A program made the translations under genes and the position numbers. A stretch of DNA of 64,000 nucleotides from Macrostomum hystrix. Taxonomy: Eukaryota > Animalia > Platyhelminthes. The stretch's first letter is position 1. Each line of letters opens with the position of its first letter. Under the pieces are notes generated by a model that searched no databases, was not told where the DNA came from, and saw only the letters and a program-made list of their open reading frames with translations. Location of the stretch: assembly GCA_950097015.1 (NCBI GenBank), contig CATNEN010000029.1, positions 496,001 through 560,000 on the forward strand, read 5' to 3'. Shown here piece after piece: positions 26,909-40,611 of this stretch.

Positions 26909-27308
26909 AGTAATAATAATAATTGACACTAGAACCAAGGGCCAGTGCAGGTGTTGTGTGTCAGGCACACTAGCAGGTGGGGACTGCACACCTATTGTAC
27001 TCCCCGGCTCTCTCAGACACTGGTTGACAGCCGCGTGTCAGCAATGGAATTTATTTTTCCAAACATATGGGCAGCATCCAAACTCCACAGAATTGCCGCA
27101 CAGAACTGCTTTATTCCACGCCAGCCAGCTGGAATTATTATTACCCAACGAAATGTCGGTACTCATTTGCAGCTGAGCAGACTGTGTGCACATCAGGGCA
27201 AAGCAGCTTGCCAAAGGCTGCACAAATAGTTCTAGACTATGTCGGGAGTCGAACCCAGGACCATCTGATCCAGAGTCCGACACCTTACTGACTGAGCTAT
27301 CCGCCCTC
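26909..27308 (-). mobile_element. tRNA-headed SINE with CORE-like central domain and (ATT)n tail
   Basis: Minus strand: GGATAGCTCAGTCAG (A-box), GGGTTCGACTCCC (B-box), TGTGCAGCCTTTGGCAAGCTGCTTT..CAGTCTGCTCAGCTGCAAATGAGTA (similar to the MIR CORE), ending ATTATTATTATT. Confidence 0.75.
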
Positions 27309-27888
27309 TTACTTCATACATATTTCTACATATTACATATTTCATATTTCATATGATGTGATATTTCATATCACATTACTACATATTTCATGATCATGAC
27401 TAAAGTGATGCAACAAATGTATGTTAGTTTATGAAAATGTGTTCTTGTAAGTTAGCCGAGGCCATAGCACCATAACTAACTTTTATTGGCAAGTGTAGGA
27501 AACATATTAGACATCAGAAACTCTAGAATAGGGCCAACACAACATAATACATACATAATTACACAACATAATAATTTGTTAGACTCCGCAACTTTGGACC
27601 ATAGACATCACATTAGGGGTGTCTTTCTGAGCAATTTTTCCAATAGAAAAACCATGTGACGGTGTAAAATTACACCTTAATATTTTGTTGTGAAATAGGG
27701 CTCCTCCAAATTAATCAACTAATTTGTGTACTAGAACCCAAATCATTGATTTGATACACCAGCTACTCGTTAACTATATGAGTTAACTATAACTTGATAT
27801 ATATCGTCATTATATATTTCAGGACTAGACAAACAGACAAACAGTATCAGCTATTGGCCAGTTGATTAATAACAGAAGCTGATGTGCA

Positions 27889-30800
27889 ATGAGTTTTAGC
27901 AGCGATGAGGTGAACTTTCTTGTATTTAGATATCTACAGGAGTCTGGTAAGTGAGCTTAGATGTCTATTGAGTTTTAACTAGTCACATAGGCTTTCAGAG
28001 ATTTATACCATCTCACTGTTCTTCATGCCAGGCTACCTGCACTCCGCCTACCTGTTTGGCGTCGAGAGCCACATCTCCAGCACCAACATTAACGGCTCCA
28101 TGGTGCCACCGGCCGCGCTGCTGCAGATCATCCAGAAGGGCCTGCAGTACACGGAGGCCGAGATCAGTATCGGGGAGGGCGGCTGCGAGCGAGTTGTTGA
28201 ATCCCTGTCACTCATCGACTCCGTGATGCCGGAGGTGATTGACATGCGCAAGAAGCAGGTTAGCGAGACTGAACGAAATCGAATTGGCGCCAACAAGCCG
28301 GAGAGTCGACCAGACCACAATGGCAGGCTCGGCGAGGACCACAGCACCAGCAACAACAATCATCACCAGTCGGCTGGCGTTGCCATGGACTCTGCCGAAG
28401 CTATCGACTTTCCGGCTAGCCGGGTGACGGTATTGCGCGGCCACGAATCAGAGGTGTTCATCTGCGCCTGGAATCCCAAGACGGACCTGCTGGCATCGGG
28501 CTCGGGCGATTCAACAGCCAGAATCTGGGACGCCTGCGATCTAGCTGCGGCCGGCGACGCCAAGAAGCAGCTGGTGCTGAAGCACTGCATTAACAAGGGC
28601 GGCATGGATGTGCCTAGCAACAAGGATGTCACCTCCCTGGACTGGAATGTGAGTCCCTCTTTCTAATGTGTTTACCCTTCTGCTTGTCTGCCTTTCATGG
28701 GATACTGGGGAATTGCACTGGCACATTATTTGGTGACACTAGACCACAGCCAGCGAGTTCCAATTCTGCCAATTCCACTGACTCCTGGCACAGATACTCC
28801 ACGCAGGCACACGCTCACACAGGTGTGTACATCTGCCCTGATTTCTCATCGTCAGGCAGTGTACACTCACTGTGCATTAGAGGTTGACCCTCAAGGGCGT
28901 ACATTGTACGACAATCCCCCAAGCCTTATCTCCGCGACCGTGCCCACAAATGAACACGGGCCTCGCCACGGAATCGAGCTCCGGGACCTTGGTGCGAGAG
29001 GCAAACGTGTTAGTACCGCTCTGCCATTGCCCAAAGCTGCCCTGAAAATATGACTTTGTACGCAACTGTCAATCATTTTACTATTATATTTTTTTACTGA
29101 GCAGTCCTATCCTTTGACAGTGCGACGGAAACCGCCTAGCCACTGGATCCTATGATGGATTCGCCCGACTCTGGTCCACCGATGGTGAGCTAAAGCGGCT
29201 CTGTCTAGTCTATTTTGCTCCTAAAAATGCTATAATGCTATAAAATTAGCTTTATTTCAATTATTTCTGCACCAACCCAGGCAGTCTGCTGTGCACTTTG
29301 GGCCAGCACAAGGGTCCAATATTTGCGCTGAAATGGAATAAAGCTGGCACCTATGTACTTAGCGCCGGAGTGGACAAGGTCAGTTGTCTGCTAGTTAAAC
29401 ATCGTTCAACGCCATTCATCTCTGTTCATAAACATTTCTTGTTACTTTTGCTTTTAGACGACAATCATTTGGGACGCATTGTCTGGCAAAGCACAGCAAC
29501 AGTTTGGCTTTCACACAGGTTTGTCCGCATCCAGGCTGTTGACCTGTTAGTAACTAGGAGGCGAGAGACGGGCGGGTGTACAAATGTCGGAAGACAGAGA
29601 CAGGAGAAGATGTACAAAGATTAGAAGAGAGAGACAGGAGGGAGATCTACAAAGATTGGAAAAACGAGGAGGAAGATGTACAAAGATTGGAAGAGAGAGA
29701 CAGGAGAAGATGTACAAAGATTGGAAGAGAGAGACAGGAGAAGATGTACAAAGATTGGAAGAGAGAGACAGGAGGGAGGTGTACAAAGATTGGAAGAGAG
29801 AGAAGAGGGAGATGTACAAAGATTGGAAGAGAGAGACAGGAGAAGATGTACAAAGATTAAAAGAGAGAGACAGGAGAAGATGTACAAAGATTGGAAGAGA
29901 GAGACAGGAGAAGATGTACAAAGATTGGAAGAGAGAGACAGGAGGGAGGTGTACAAAGATTGGAAGAGAGAGAAGAGGGAGATGTACAAAGATTGGAAGA
30001 GAGAGACAGGAGAAGATGTACAAAGATTGGAAGAGAGAGACAGGAGAAGATGTACAAAGATTAAAAGAGAGAGACAGGAGGGAGATGTACAAAAATTGGA
30101 AGAGAGAGAAGAGGGAGATGTACAAAGATTGGAAGAGAGAGAAGAGGGAGATGTACAAAGATTGGAAGAGAGAGACAGGAGAAGATGTACAAAGATTGGA
30201 AGAGAGAGACAGGAGAAGATGTACAAAGATTGGAAGAGAGAGACAGGAGGGAGGTGTACAAAGATTGGAAGAGAGAGAAGAGGGAGATGTACAAAGATTG
30301 GAAGAGAGAGAAGAGGGAGATGTACAAAGATTGGAAGAGAGAGACAGGAGAAGATGTACAAAGATTGGAAGAGAGAGACAGGAGAAGATGTACAAAGATT
30401 GGAAGAGAGAGACAGGAGGGAGGTGTACAAAGATTGGAAGAGAGAGAAGAGGGAGATGTACAAAGATTGGAAGAGAGAGACAGGAGAAGATGTACAAAGA
30501 TTAAAAGAGAGAGACAGGAGAAGATGTACAAAGATTGGAAGAGAGAGACAGGAGAAGATGTACAAAGATTGGAAGAGAGAGACAGGAGGGAGGTGTACAA
30601 AGATTGGAAGAGAGAGAAGAGGGAGATGTACAAAGATTGGAAGAGAGAGACAGGAGAAGATGTACAAAGATTGGAAGAGAGAGACAGGAGAAGATGTACA
30701 AAGATTAAAAGAGAGAGACAGGAGGGAGATGTACAAAAATTGGAAGAGAGAGAAGAGGGAGATGTACAAAGATTGGAAGAGAGAGAAGAGGGAGATGTAC

Positions 30801-33800
30801 AAAGATTGGAAGAGAGAGACAGGAGAAGATGTACAAAGATTGGAAGAGAGAGACAGGAGAAGATGTACAAAGATTGGAAGAGAGAGACAGGAGGGAGGTG
30901 TACAAAGATTGGAAGAGAGAGAAGAGGGAGATGTACAAAGATTGGAAGAGAGAGAAGAGGGAGATGTACAAAGATTGGAAGAGAGAGACAGGAGAAGATG
31001 TACAAAGATTGGAAGAGATAGACAGGAGAAGATGTACAAAGATTAAAAGAGAGAGACAGGAGGGAGATGTACAAAGATTGGAAGAGAGAGACAGGAGGGA
31101 GTTGTACAAAGATTGGAAGAGAGAGAAGAGGGAGATGTACAAAGATTGGAAGAGAGAGAAGAGGGAGATGTACAAAGATTGGAAGAGAGAGACAGGAGAA
31201 GATGTACAAAGATTGGAAGAGAGAGACAGGAGAAGATGTACAAAGATTGGAAGAGAGAGACAGGAGAAGATGTACAAAGATTGGAAGAGAGAGACAGGAG
31301 AAGATGTACAAAGATTGGAAGAGAGAGACAGGAGAAGATGTACAAAGATTGGAAGAGAGAGACAGGAGGGAGTGACAGGAGGGAGATGTACAAAGATTGG
31401 AAGAGAGAGACAGGAGGGAGATGTACAAATATTGGAAGAGAGAGAAGAGGGAGATGTACAAAGATTGGAAGAGAGAGACAGGAGGGAGATGTACAAAGAT
31501 TGGAAGAGAGAGACAGGAGGGAGATGTACAAAGATTGGAAGAGAGAGAAGAGGGAGATGTACAAAGATTGGAAGAGAGAGACAGGAGGGAGATGTACAAA
31601 GATTGGAAGAGAGAGACAGGAGGGAGATGTACAAAGATTGGAAGAGAGAGACAGGAGGGAGATGTACAAAGATTGGAAGAGAGAGGAGGGGATGTACAAA
31701 GATTGGAAGAGACAGGAGGGATGTACAAAGATTGGTAGAGACAGGAGGGGGTGCAAAAAGATTGGAAGAGACAGGAGGGGGTGTGCAAAAAGATTGGAAG
31801 AGACAGGAGGGGGTGTGCAAAAAGATTGGAAGAGAGAGACAGGAGGGGGTGCACAAAGATTGGAAGAGAGAGACAGGAGGGGGTGTACAAAGATTGGAGG
31901 ATTCAGAAACGATAGTGAGTCGCATCCCCCACTGTCACAGCTCCAGCCCTGGACGTTGACTGGAAGGATGACGTCACCTTCGCCAGCTGTTCCACGGACC
32001 AGAGCATCCAGGTGTGCCGCCTCGGCTGCGACTATCCGGTTAAAACATTTCGCGGCCACACAAACGAAGTGAACGCAATCAAGTGGGATCCCCGTGGCCA
32101 GCTGCTGGCCTCCTGCTCCGATGATATGACCCTCAAGCTGTGGTCGGTGGATCGAGGCACTCTGGTGCACGACTTCAAGGCTCACCAAAAGGAGATCTAC
32201 ACTATCAAGTGGAGTCCTGCGGGATATAATACTAGAAATCCCAATGGCAATCTCTATCTGGCCAGGTATAAATCAAATTAATTAGTCTTACAGTATCACC
32301 AGATCCTCAGGTTGAGCAGCCAATCTCCCAGATCTTCAGATTTACATGCCATTCTCCCAGATCTTCAGGTTGAGCAGCCATTCTCCCAGATCTTCAGATT
32401 GAGCAGTCATTCTCCCAGATCTTCAGATTGACCAGCCATTCTCCCAGATCTTCAGATTGACCAGCCATTCTCCCAGATCTTCAGATTGACCAGCCATTCT
32501 CCCAGATCTTCAGATTGAGCAGCCATTCTCCCAGATCTTCAGGTTGACCAGCCATTCTCCCAGATCTTCAGGTTGACCAGCCATTCTCCCAGATCTTCAG
32601 ATTGACCAGCCATTCTCCCAGATCTTCAGGTTGAGCAGTCATTCTCCCAGATCCTCAGATTGGCCAGCCATTCTCCCAGATCCTCAGATTGGCCAGCCAT
32701 TCTCCCAGATCTTCAGGTTGACCAGCCATTCTCCCAGATCTTCAGGTTGACCAGCCATTCTCCCAGATCTTCAGATTGACCAGCCATTCTCCCAGATCTT
32801 CAGGTTGAGCAGCCATTCTCCCAGATCTTCAGATTGAGCAGCCATTCTCCCAGATCTTCAGGTTGAGCAGCCATTCTCCCAGATCTTCAGATTGACCAGC
32901 CATTCTCCCAGATCTTCAGATTGAGCAGTCATTCTCCCAGATCTTCAGATTGAGCAGCCATTCTCCCAGATCTTCAGATTGAGCAGCCATTCTCCCAGAT
33001 CTTCAGATTGACCAGCCATTCTCCCAGATCTTCAGATTGACCAGCCATTCTCCCAGATCTTCAGATTGAGCAGTCATTCTCCCAGATCTTCAGGTTGAGC
33101 AGCCATTCTCCCAGATCTTCAGATTTACCAGCCATTCTCCCAGATCTTCAGGTTGAGCAGCCATTCTCCGAGATCTTCAGATTGACTAGCCATTCTCCCA
33201 GATCTTCAGGTTGAGCAGCCATTCTCCCAGATCTTCAGATTGACCAGCCATTCTCACAGATCTTCAGATTGAGCAGTCATTCTCCCAGATCTTCAGATTG
33301 ACCAGCCATTCTCCCAGATCTTCAGGTTGAGCAGCCATTCTCCCAGATCTTCAGATTTACCAGCCATTCTACCAGATCCTCAGCTTGAGTTCCCAAAACT
33401 CTTGCTTTGCAGCGCCAGCTTCGATGCCACTGTACGCCTGTGGGACGTGGAGGCCGGCGCCTGCGCTCGCGTGTTCTCCAATCATCGCGAGCCAGTCTAC
33501 AGTGTCGCCTTTTCGCCCTGCGGCCGTTATCTTGCCTCTGGCAGCTTCGACAAATGCGTCCTCATATGGAGTATCGAGGTGAGGAAGGAACTGCTGTGCG
33601 CTTGCCTGCTCCCTACCCTCCTTTTCTTCCCTCCCACGCTCTTCCCTAACCTAAAACCCCTCCCCATTATTCCCTTACCAAATGCCACTTCCCCATTCTT
33701 CCCTTACGCAATACCACCTCCCCATTCTTCCCTACCCCGCCACCCCTTCCCCGTTCTTTCCTCTCTTCCCTACCCTGCCACCCCTTCCCCGTTCTTTCCT

Positions 33801-34633
33801 CTCTTCCCTACCATCCATCCTTTCTATATTGCATCCTATATCGCTCTGCTGTCAGTGAGCATTAGTACATAGAAATTCACTCGCCCCCACTCCTTGGCAG
33901 ACTGGCACACTGGCGCACAAATACCAGGGCACAGGCGGCATATTTGAAGTGTGCTGGAACAGCACCGGCGACAGGGTTGGAGCCAGCGCGGCGGACGGCA
34001 CTGTAAGCAATTAGATAAGCCAGTTAATAAGTAGATTAGGCAGTTGATAATTAGATAAGCCAGTTGATAAGTAGATTAGCCAGTTGATAAGCAGATAAGC
34101 CAGTTGATAAGTAGATATGCCAGTTGATAATTAGATAAGCCAGTTGATAATTAGATAAGCCAGTTGATAAGTAGATAAGCCAGTTGATAAGTAGATTAGG
34201 CAGTTGATAATTAGATAAGCCAGTTGATAATTAGATAAGCCAGTTGATAATTAGATAAGCCAGTTGATAAGTAGATTAGGCAGTTGATAATTAGATAAGC
34301 CAGTTGATAATTAGATAAGCCAGTTGATAATTAGATAAGCCAGTTGATAATTAGATAAGCCAGTTGATAAGTAGATAAGCCAGTTGATAAGTAGATTAGG
34401 CAGTTGATAATTAGATAAGCCAGTTGATAATTAGATAAGCCAGTTGATAAGTAGATTAGGCAGTTGATAATTAGATAAGCCAGTTGATAAGTAGATGGGC
34501 CAGCATTGTAGTAGATAAGCCATTAGTTACGTATACAGGCCAGCAGGAAGTTCAAATCGGAGTGCATAAGCTGAGAAACATTCTATTTTCCCATGAATTT
34601 CAGGTAGTCATTTTGGATCTTCGAATGCTGTGA
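27889..34633 (+). CDS. TBL1XR1: Transducin beta-like 1 / ebi (LisH + F-box-like + WD40 NCoR/SMRT corepressor subunit), 506 aa
   Basis: join(27889..27946,28032..28648,29121..29184,29281..29378,29458..29518,31941..32265,33413..33578,33901..34002,34604..34633). All introns GT-AG with consistent phases; 1521 nt. Starts [20 protein letters not shown]; contains [27 protein letters not shown] and [13 protein letters not shown]; ends VVILDLRML*. Confidence 0.97.
29575..31900. repeat. 32/34-bp purine-rich minisatellite (GATGTACAAAGATTGGAAGAGAGAGACAGGAGAA)n filling TBL1 intron 5
   Basis: About 68 copies with three interspersed unit variants; units shorten and erode at the 3' end. Confidence 0.97.
32298..33385. 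repeat. 29-bp minisatellite (TTCTCCCAGATCTTCAGATTGACCAGCCA)n filling TBL1 intron 6
   Basis: About 37 copies. Confidence 0.97.
34010..34520. repeat. 20-bp minisatellite (GATAAGCCAGTTGATAATTA)n in TBL1 intron 8
   Basis: About 24 copies, starting directly after the donor GTAAGC. Confidence 0.95.
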
Positions 34634-35269
34634 ACTGCAGTCGACAGAAAATAACTGCAAAAAAGATTTCCTTGTCTGGTGCTTAAATATATTTTTGCCT
34701 ATAAGAAGGTACTCAAGTTAATATTTATAGCTCACACAAGCGGTTTAACTAAATTATTGTCCTCTTGAGTAACTTTGGTACCTTTGTTAAAGACAGATTT
34801 TGAGCCTCTAAAACCCTATTAATCGCAATTTTAACCATAGACAACCCCTAGGGCTAACCCAGGCTTGCTTTTTTGAAAGCATTGTGTGCAACTGGTAGCA
34901 AAAATTCACTGCTTTTTTATCAACGCTAACTAGTCATTATTATTAAGTGTGTTATACTTTTTAAGCTCGTCTTTTTACCAAGCCAAGCCAAGCTTGTTTT
35001 ATTTATTTGTTGTTCTGCTTATTTATCTGCTTTGTTTAGAACAGTATTCAAACTCTACCCCGTTTGAACGAATCGGGTTTTTTTAAGCATTGTCGGTTGA
35101 TGTTTAAATTGTGTATGCGTGTGTGCCTCTGCATTCGCCATATCTATCTACTTGGCTTATTGTAAATCCAGAAATATCATATCCCATGTTTACCTTTTTC
35201 AATATCCTATTCGTTTGTTTGTCTAGATTTCTTCTTTACTTTGTTATTTTTGCTGCCTACGTTTAACCC

Positions 35270-35905
35270 TCTGATCCCGACTCTACTTCTCGTCCCCACT
35301 CTACTTCTCATCCCCACTCTACCTCTCATTCCTCAATCTACTTCTCATCCCCACTCTACCTCTCATCCCCACTCTACTTCTCATCCCCACCGACTTCTCA
35401 TCCCCACCTACCTCTCATCCCCACCTACCTCTCATCCCCACCTACCTCTCATCCCCACCTACCTCTCATCCCCACCTACCTATCATCCCCACCTACCTCT
35501 AATCCTCACTCTACCTATAATCCCCACCGACTTCTCATCCCCACTCTCCTTCCCATCCCCACTCTCCTTCTCATCCCCACCTACCTATCATCCCCACCTA
35601 CCTCTAATCCTCACTCTACCTATAATCCCCACCGACTTCTCATCCCCACTCTCCTTCCCATCCCCACTCTACTTCTCATCCCCACCGACTTCTCATCCCC
35701 ACCTACCTCTCATCCCCACCTACCTCTCATCCCCACCTACCTCTCATCCCCACCTACCTATCATCCCCACCTACCTCTAATCCTCACTCTACCTATAATC
35801 CCCACCGACTTCTCATCCCCACTCTCCTTCCCATCCCCACTCTCCTTCTCATCCCCACTCTGCCTATCATCCCCACTCTACCTATCATCCCCACTCTACT
35901 TCTCA
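35270..35905. repeat. 17-bp C-rich minisatellite (CTACCTCTCATCCCCAC)n downstream of TBL1
   Basis: About 36 variably degenerate copies with internal block duplications. Confidence 0.9.
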
Positions 35906-36564
35906 AACCCTTCTGCGGAACGCGAAGAGTCCCTCTTGTCTGAAAATTGTATTCTGTCTTCTTTCTTTTTTACCAATTAGTTCTGCTCAGCTTTCGCTTG
36001 AACCTGCTTAATTTCCGCAAATGCCCACCTCGCGTTTCCAAAATTTACATTTTCAAGCGGGAGGTGCACTTGAACTTTGTTTCGCAGCTCATAATCTAAG
36101 TATTTTTGCGTATTTTTGCCTAACAAGCAAAGTTGTATACTTACTCTGTCCAATGGTTTGTGACAGCGTTTTTTATAATGGAGATTACATTTTTTGAAAT
36201 CAGTTATATCGTGAGCTATGCCGTTTTTTGTAAAATCCCTGCTTTTGTGTCATTGGCTCTTTGAAATGCTATGCTTGTATTATATTCCATGTATTTTAGC
36301 TTGTTTCATTGTGTGCGTTTGCTTTTTAAATTGATACATTTTGTAAATATATTACTTTTCTAATATTGTGTAGCCCTGCAGCTGAAGAAAATAAAATATA
36401 TGGACTCACTTTTTCATTCGAGTTTTCAATAGCATCACTCAAACTGCTGGCTCAGCATTTCTGACTCCCGCCCTCCTGTCTCTCCGCTGGTTGTCTGTCC
36501 TGCAAGGAAATCTTCATATTTTAAGTTATACTTTTTGTTGGTTTCTTGTGGCTTGAAGAAAAAT

Positions 36565-37108
36565 CAGTTGCCATTTCCAGTGAATCAAGTGCCATTTCCA
36601 GTGAATCTAGCGCCATTTCCAGTGAATGATTTGCCATTTCCAGTGAATCAAGTGCCATTTCCAGTGAATGAGTTGCCATTTCCAGTTAATCTAGCGCCAT
36701 TTCCAGTGAATTAAGTGCTATTTCCAGTGAATCTAGCGCCATTTCCAGTGAATGAGTTGCCATTTCCAGTGAATCTAGCGCCATTTCCAGTGAATTAAGT
36801 GCTATTTCCAGTGAATCTAGCGCCATTTCCAGTGAATGAGTTGCCATTTCCAGTGAATCTAGCGCCATTTCCTGTGAATTAAGTGCCATTTCCAGTGAAT
36901 GAGTTGCCATTTCCAGTGAATTAAGTGCCATTTCCAGTGAATCAGTTGCCATTTCCAGTGAATCTAGCGCCATTTCCAGTGAATCAGTTGCCATTTCCAG
37001 TGAATCTAGCGCCATTTCCTGTGAATTAAGTGCCATTTCCAGTGAATGAGTTGCCATTTCCAGTGAATGAGTTGCCATTTCCAGTGAATCTAGCGCCATT
37101 TCCAGTGA
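36565..37108. repeat. 21-bp minisatellite (GCCATTTCCAGTGAATCTAGC)n
   Basis: About 25 copies with 3 alternating variants. Confidence 0.95.
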
Positions 37109-37565
37109 ATAATAGAGGTTTAGTATAGCTACTTGAAGTTTAGTTCAGTCAAGCACTGCCGTGGCTTTAATTTTAAATGAAAAGGCTAATTTTATATTTA
37201 ATTAATTTTTTTTTATTAATTATTAATTATTTCTTTAATTATATTTAATCCCGATTAGCTGTAGAAAATGATTTCGGTAAAAATGAACATTTATTTTCGT
37301 GTATTTAATAGTTTTCTAAACCAATATAAACGAATATCACAGTCTTGACCTACTTTTATTCCAATTTGCTTAAATGTTGCAAAAATATGCTCTCCCATGC
37401 GACGAATAAGTAGTATGTTGCGAAAGCATTAGAAAACTTTATAAGACAGACATAAAAATGTTTAACGAAATTTCTTATAAAATACAAATCACTTTATGAT
37501 CAAAGGACAGAAATCAAAGGTGTCGCACGTGGCGGCCAGATACTGTGCATGTCAGCGCTCAGTAA

Positions 37566-38853
37566 TCACGCGCATTTCCACAGAATGATGGCCATGTTAC
37601 CGCCGAAGAACATGTACATGATGTTTTTCAATTCGTGAGTGATCTCGAATCCGTAGCCTTCGCCGACCACCGCGTGCCAGGCCGGCCCGAACTTCTTGTC
37701 CATGCTGTCCTTAATCATGCGTGCCGCCGACTATAATTCAACACCTTTTCAGAGTTATGTTTGGTATTCAAATTCGCTATTAGCCATACTTATAGTAGAC
37801 ATGTTGAGAAATTACCTCGTTATTAGAAGCGAATTTCTCACAGGCGGTGACGCAGAGTTCCATTGCTTCTGTTCGCATCTCCTCGTTCATGTCCGAATAC
37901 TGTTGATTGAATGGGAAAGGAAAAGTGAAGTAAAATAATTTTAAAGAAAGGAGAATATGTATTTCATAATTAAAATTATAATGTCCAATTAGTTTGCCTA
38001 ATCTATAAAGCGAATGTGTGAAAAAAAAACATACTATTATTGTCTTGACTAAAATATTTAGTCAAGACAAGTATTTGAAACCAGTGGCTGCTTGTCGAAT
38101 ATTCATTTAAGCATGTATTTAATTTTTATTGTCCTTATAATTTTTTTGAATGCGCCTTAGTAAAAAATGATTTGTGATTATATGTTTACTTACTCATAAA
38201 GAATGCACCAAAGTTAGAAGAAAGTTTTTATTTTCTAACAATATAGTGAATTAACTAAAGTGAAATTATGTATTTTTCAATTTGTTCAAAGTTTCAACAA
38301 AGAAAGAAAACAGTGTTAAAATGTCTTTCAAAACTGAAACAAGATTTTTTCAGGATAGCCTAATTTAAGGATAATTGATTTAATTTATTGTTGTAATAAA
38401 GAATTACTAAAACCTAATATTTTACCTTGTCATAGCATAAAGTCCCACAAAATCGGTATTTAATTAAACAACTTTTTACTAATTCTATCCTAATTTCAAC
38501 TCAATCAAATCTGTAAAAATATTTATCTATTTTGGATGCCTTTTGGATGATCATAGCTGTTAAAATATTATTTCCAAATCTAAATAAAATCGACTTCTAC
38601 ACAAAATTTTGAACACTTGATCTTGAGATCTAATAAATATGTTAAAAAATAATTATCAGATCCAGATTCCTTGAAATAATTTTTGGCTCTCAAAATAAAA
38701 ATACTGAAGATTCATCTACACTAAAATAATATATAAATGCTTCTCAGCTGTTGCAGCAGCAGTACTACAAGACCATGGTAATCTCACCCGGACTAGTGGA
38801 TAAGTATGCACACGTCGGCTCTCCTCTTGCTTTTTTTCTCCTTCCTCTGCCAT
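37566..38853 (-). CDS. DNAL4: Dynein axonemal light chain 4, 104 aa
   Basis: complement(join(37566..37730,37816..37899,38788..38853)), all GT-AG, phase 0. Translates MAEEGEKKQEESRRVHTYPLVR-YSDMNEEMRTEAMELCVTACEKFASNNE-SAARMIKDSMDKKFGPAWHAVVGEGYGFEITHELKNIMYMFFGGNMAIILWKCA*. Missed by the ORF track. Confidence 0.96.
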
Positions 38854-40047
38854 GGTATGAATAGCTCAAATGTAGCTCTACGTACGTTAGGATTATTACC
38901 GTTTGTACGGCGTTATTCTCACACGAAAAATGTGCAACTGAGTTGAATTTAAACTTGTAAATGCTTTGTAGGCATGGTATATTGTATTTAAACAAATGCT
39001 AACATAATTTGATTATTCAGAAGATTTTTGCCTAAAAGATGCTTTTGAACGTGGATTCATTAGTTTTCATAATATTTCAAGAGAAGTTTTTTAAAAATCA
39101 AGAAGTTTATATAGAACTGTCTTCGCGCACATTTTCCGATAAAAGTGAGCAGTTTAACCCATAAATATTATATAAGATCTATGGTTTAACCCAGCCACGG
39201 AGCGGACCATAGAAAATAGCTCACAAGTCGGACGCATACATGAAAGCCACCCAACACACGTCTAAACACGAAGGCGCGGTGCATGCACACACGAAAGCTA
39301 ATCCGTTTGGATTCCCTTTTATACGCCCGAAGGGTGGCAAGTAGTAAATTACAATAATTTAGCTCGTCGTACCCCCACAAATGAACTTGCATTTCATACC
39401 CCCACGAAATGAAATGAAACCGCATTATACCATGCATATACGTACAAAATAACAAAACGAAGTCTTAGATATAATTGCGGTGGCTATATATGCAGGATTG
39501 CAGCTGGGCCAATAAGAAAATGTCACCTCAATTTGAGTGCCACTGAAAACATACAGTGCATCTGCGAAAAAAAACATTAAAACATGAAGCTATATTAAGT
39601 TATATTGTACCAATAGTTTTATAGTTACGCACATATCCAGCCTTTTCTTATGTACTCGTATGATGTTTGCTGAATCAGGGCAAGAAGCTTAATTATTAGC
39701 TACACTTTTTAGAATTATATGATGGGCTCAACTTAACAAAACTTCGTGGAACCCATTCCCTGGTAAATCGTGCATAAATTAGCTGCAGACGCTTCTTACA
39801 AAATTTTGCTGTGACGTAAAAACCTTTACGGACAGACGCGTGCTTTTTTAATATAAATCATCGGGTATTTATAAAAAACAAATGAAAGAGACTGCAGGTG
39901 AAACTCAATTAAGCAGAGCATGCGATGAGGAATAATTGTACTTTTAGAACAAAAAATAAATCTGCATACTGCGAAAATAATGAAAGACTTTAAGGAAAAA
40001 AATTGAAAAAACAAAATTCGTTAAGCCTGCTTTAAAAAGTGCGAAAT

Positions 40048-40335
40048 TCATGAGGCCACTGCTAATGCGCGCCCAATTTCATCACAATGCTCAACAATTA
40101 TAATTGTCTCCGGGGGCTTAGTCAAAAGCAGCTTCGAGGGCTGAGGAGGCGGTTGGGCCTGCGGCGGCGGTGAGGTCGGCGTTGGTGGTGGCATCGACGG
40201 CGGAGGCTGCGGCTGAACCCTGCGGTTGGCCTTTCGGTGCCAGTGAACACTGCAGGCCAGTCCCACACCGGCTAGTCCCAGGATAAATCCAAGCAGTGAC
40301 AGGCCAATGATGAGGCTGAGGCTGGGCTGCTGCAT
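40048..40335 (-). CDS. Candidate small single-pass membrane protein or terminal exon (TM followed by a Pro/Gln-rich tail)
   Basis: GC-rich island in AT-rich surroundings. LIIGLSLLGFILGLAGVGLACSV is followed by HWHRKANRR (positive-inside) and a PPP-rich tail. Upstream exons not resolved. Confidence 0.5.
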   Translation of the reverse strand: MQQPSLSLIIGLSLLGFILGLAGVGLACSVHWHRKANRRVQPQPPPSMPPPTPTSPPPQAQPPPQPSKLLLTKPPETIIIVEHCDEIGRALAVAS

Positions 40336-40611
40336 CGTGACGCAATAGGCCGCGGTTCATCTGCCGGTGAAATTAAAGCCAAGTGACTGACTTCATCAGT
40401 ATCGCATTCTCTTCCTGATTCCTTCTATATCCCATCAGTTTAGCTCCATTGGTTTTCCCACCAGTTGAGCGCGGAAAAAAGCGCCCGCGAGCGCGAGAGA
40501 GACGTATCTTTGAGCTCTATTAAGCTAACTAATTAGGAAACTAACTGTGTTTGAGTTCCTTCTTGATTTGATCCCGAGGTACGAACCCGGAAGAGATATA
40601 TAAAGCGCTAT

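Noticed and set aside
28025-28666. ORF-track starts and ends such as MPGYLH..VSPSF or 33327-33872
   Set aside because: They run into introns; true boundaries are given by GT-AG sites in the TBL1 model.
29547-31959. Long ORFs on both strands, up to 609 aa
   Set aside because: They lie within TBL1 intron 5 and are by-products of the 32/34-bp repeat.
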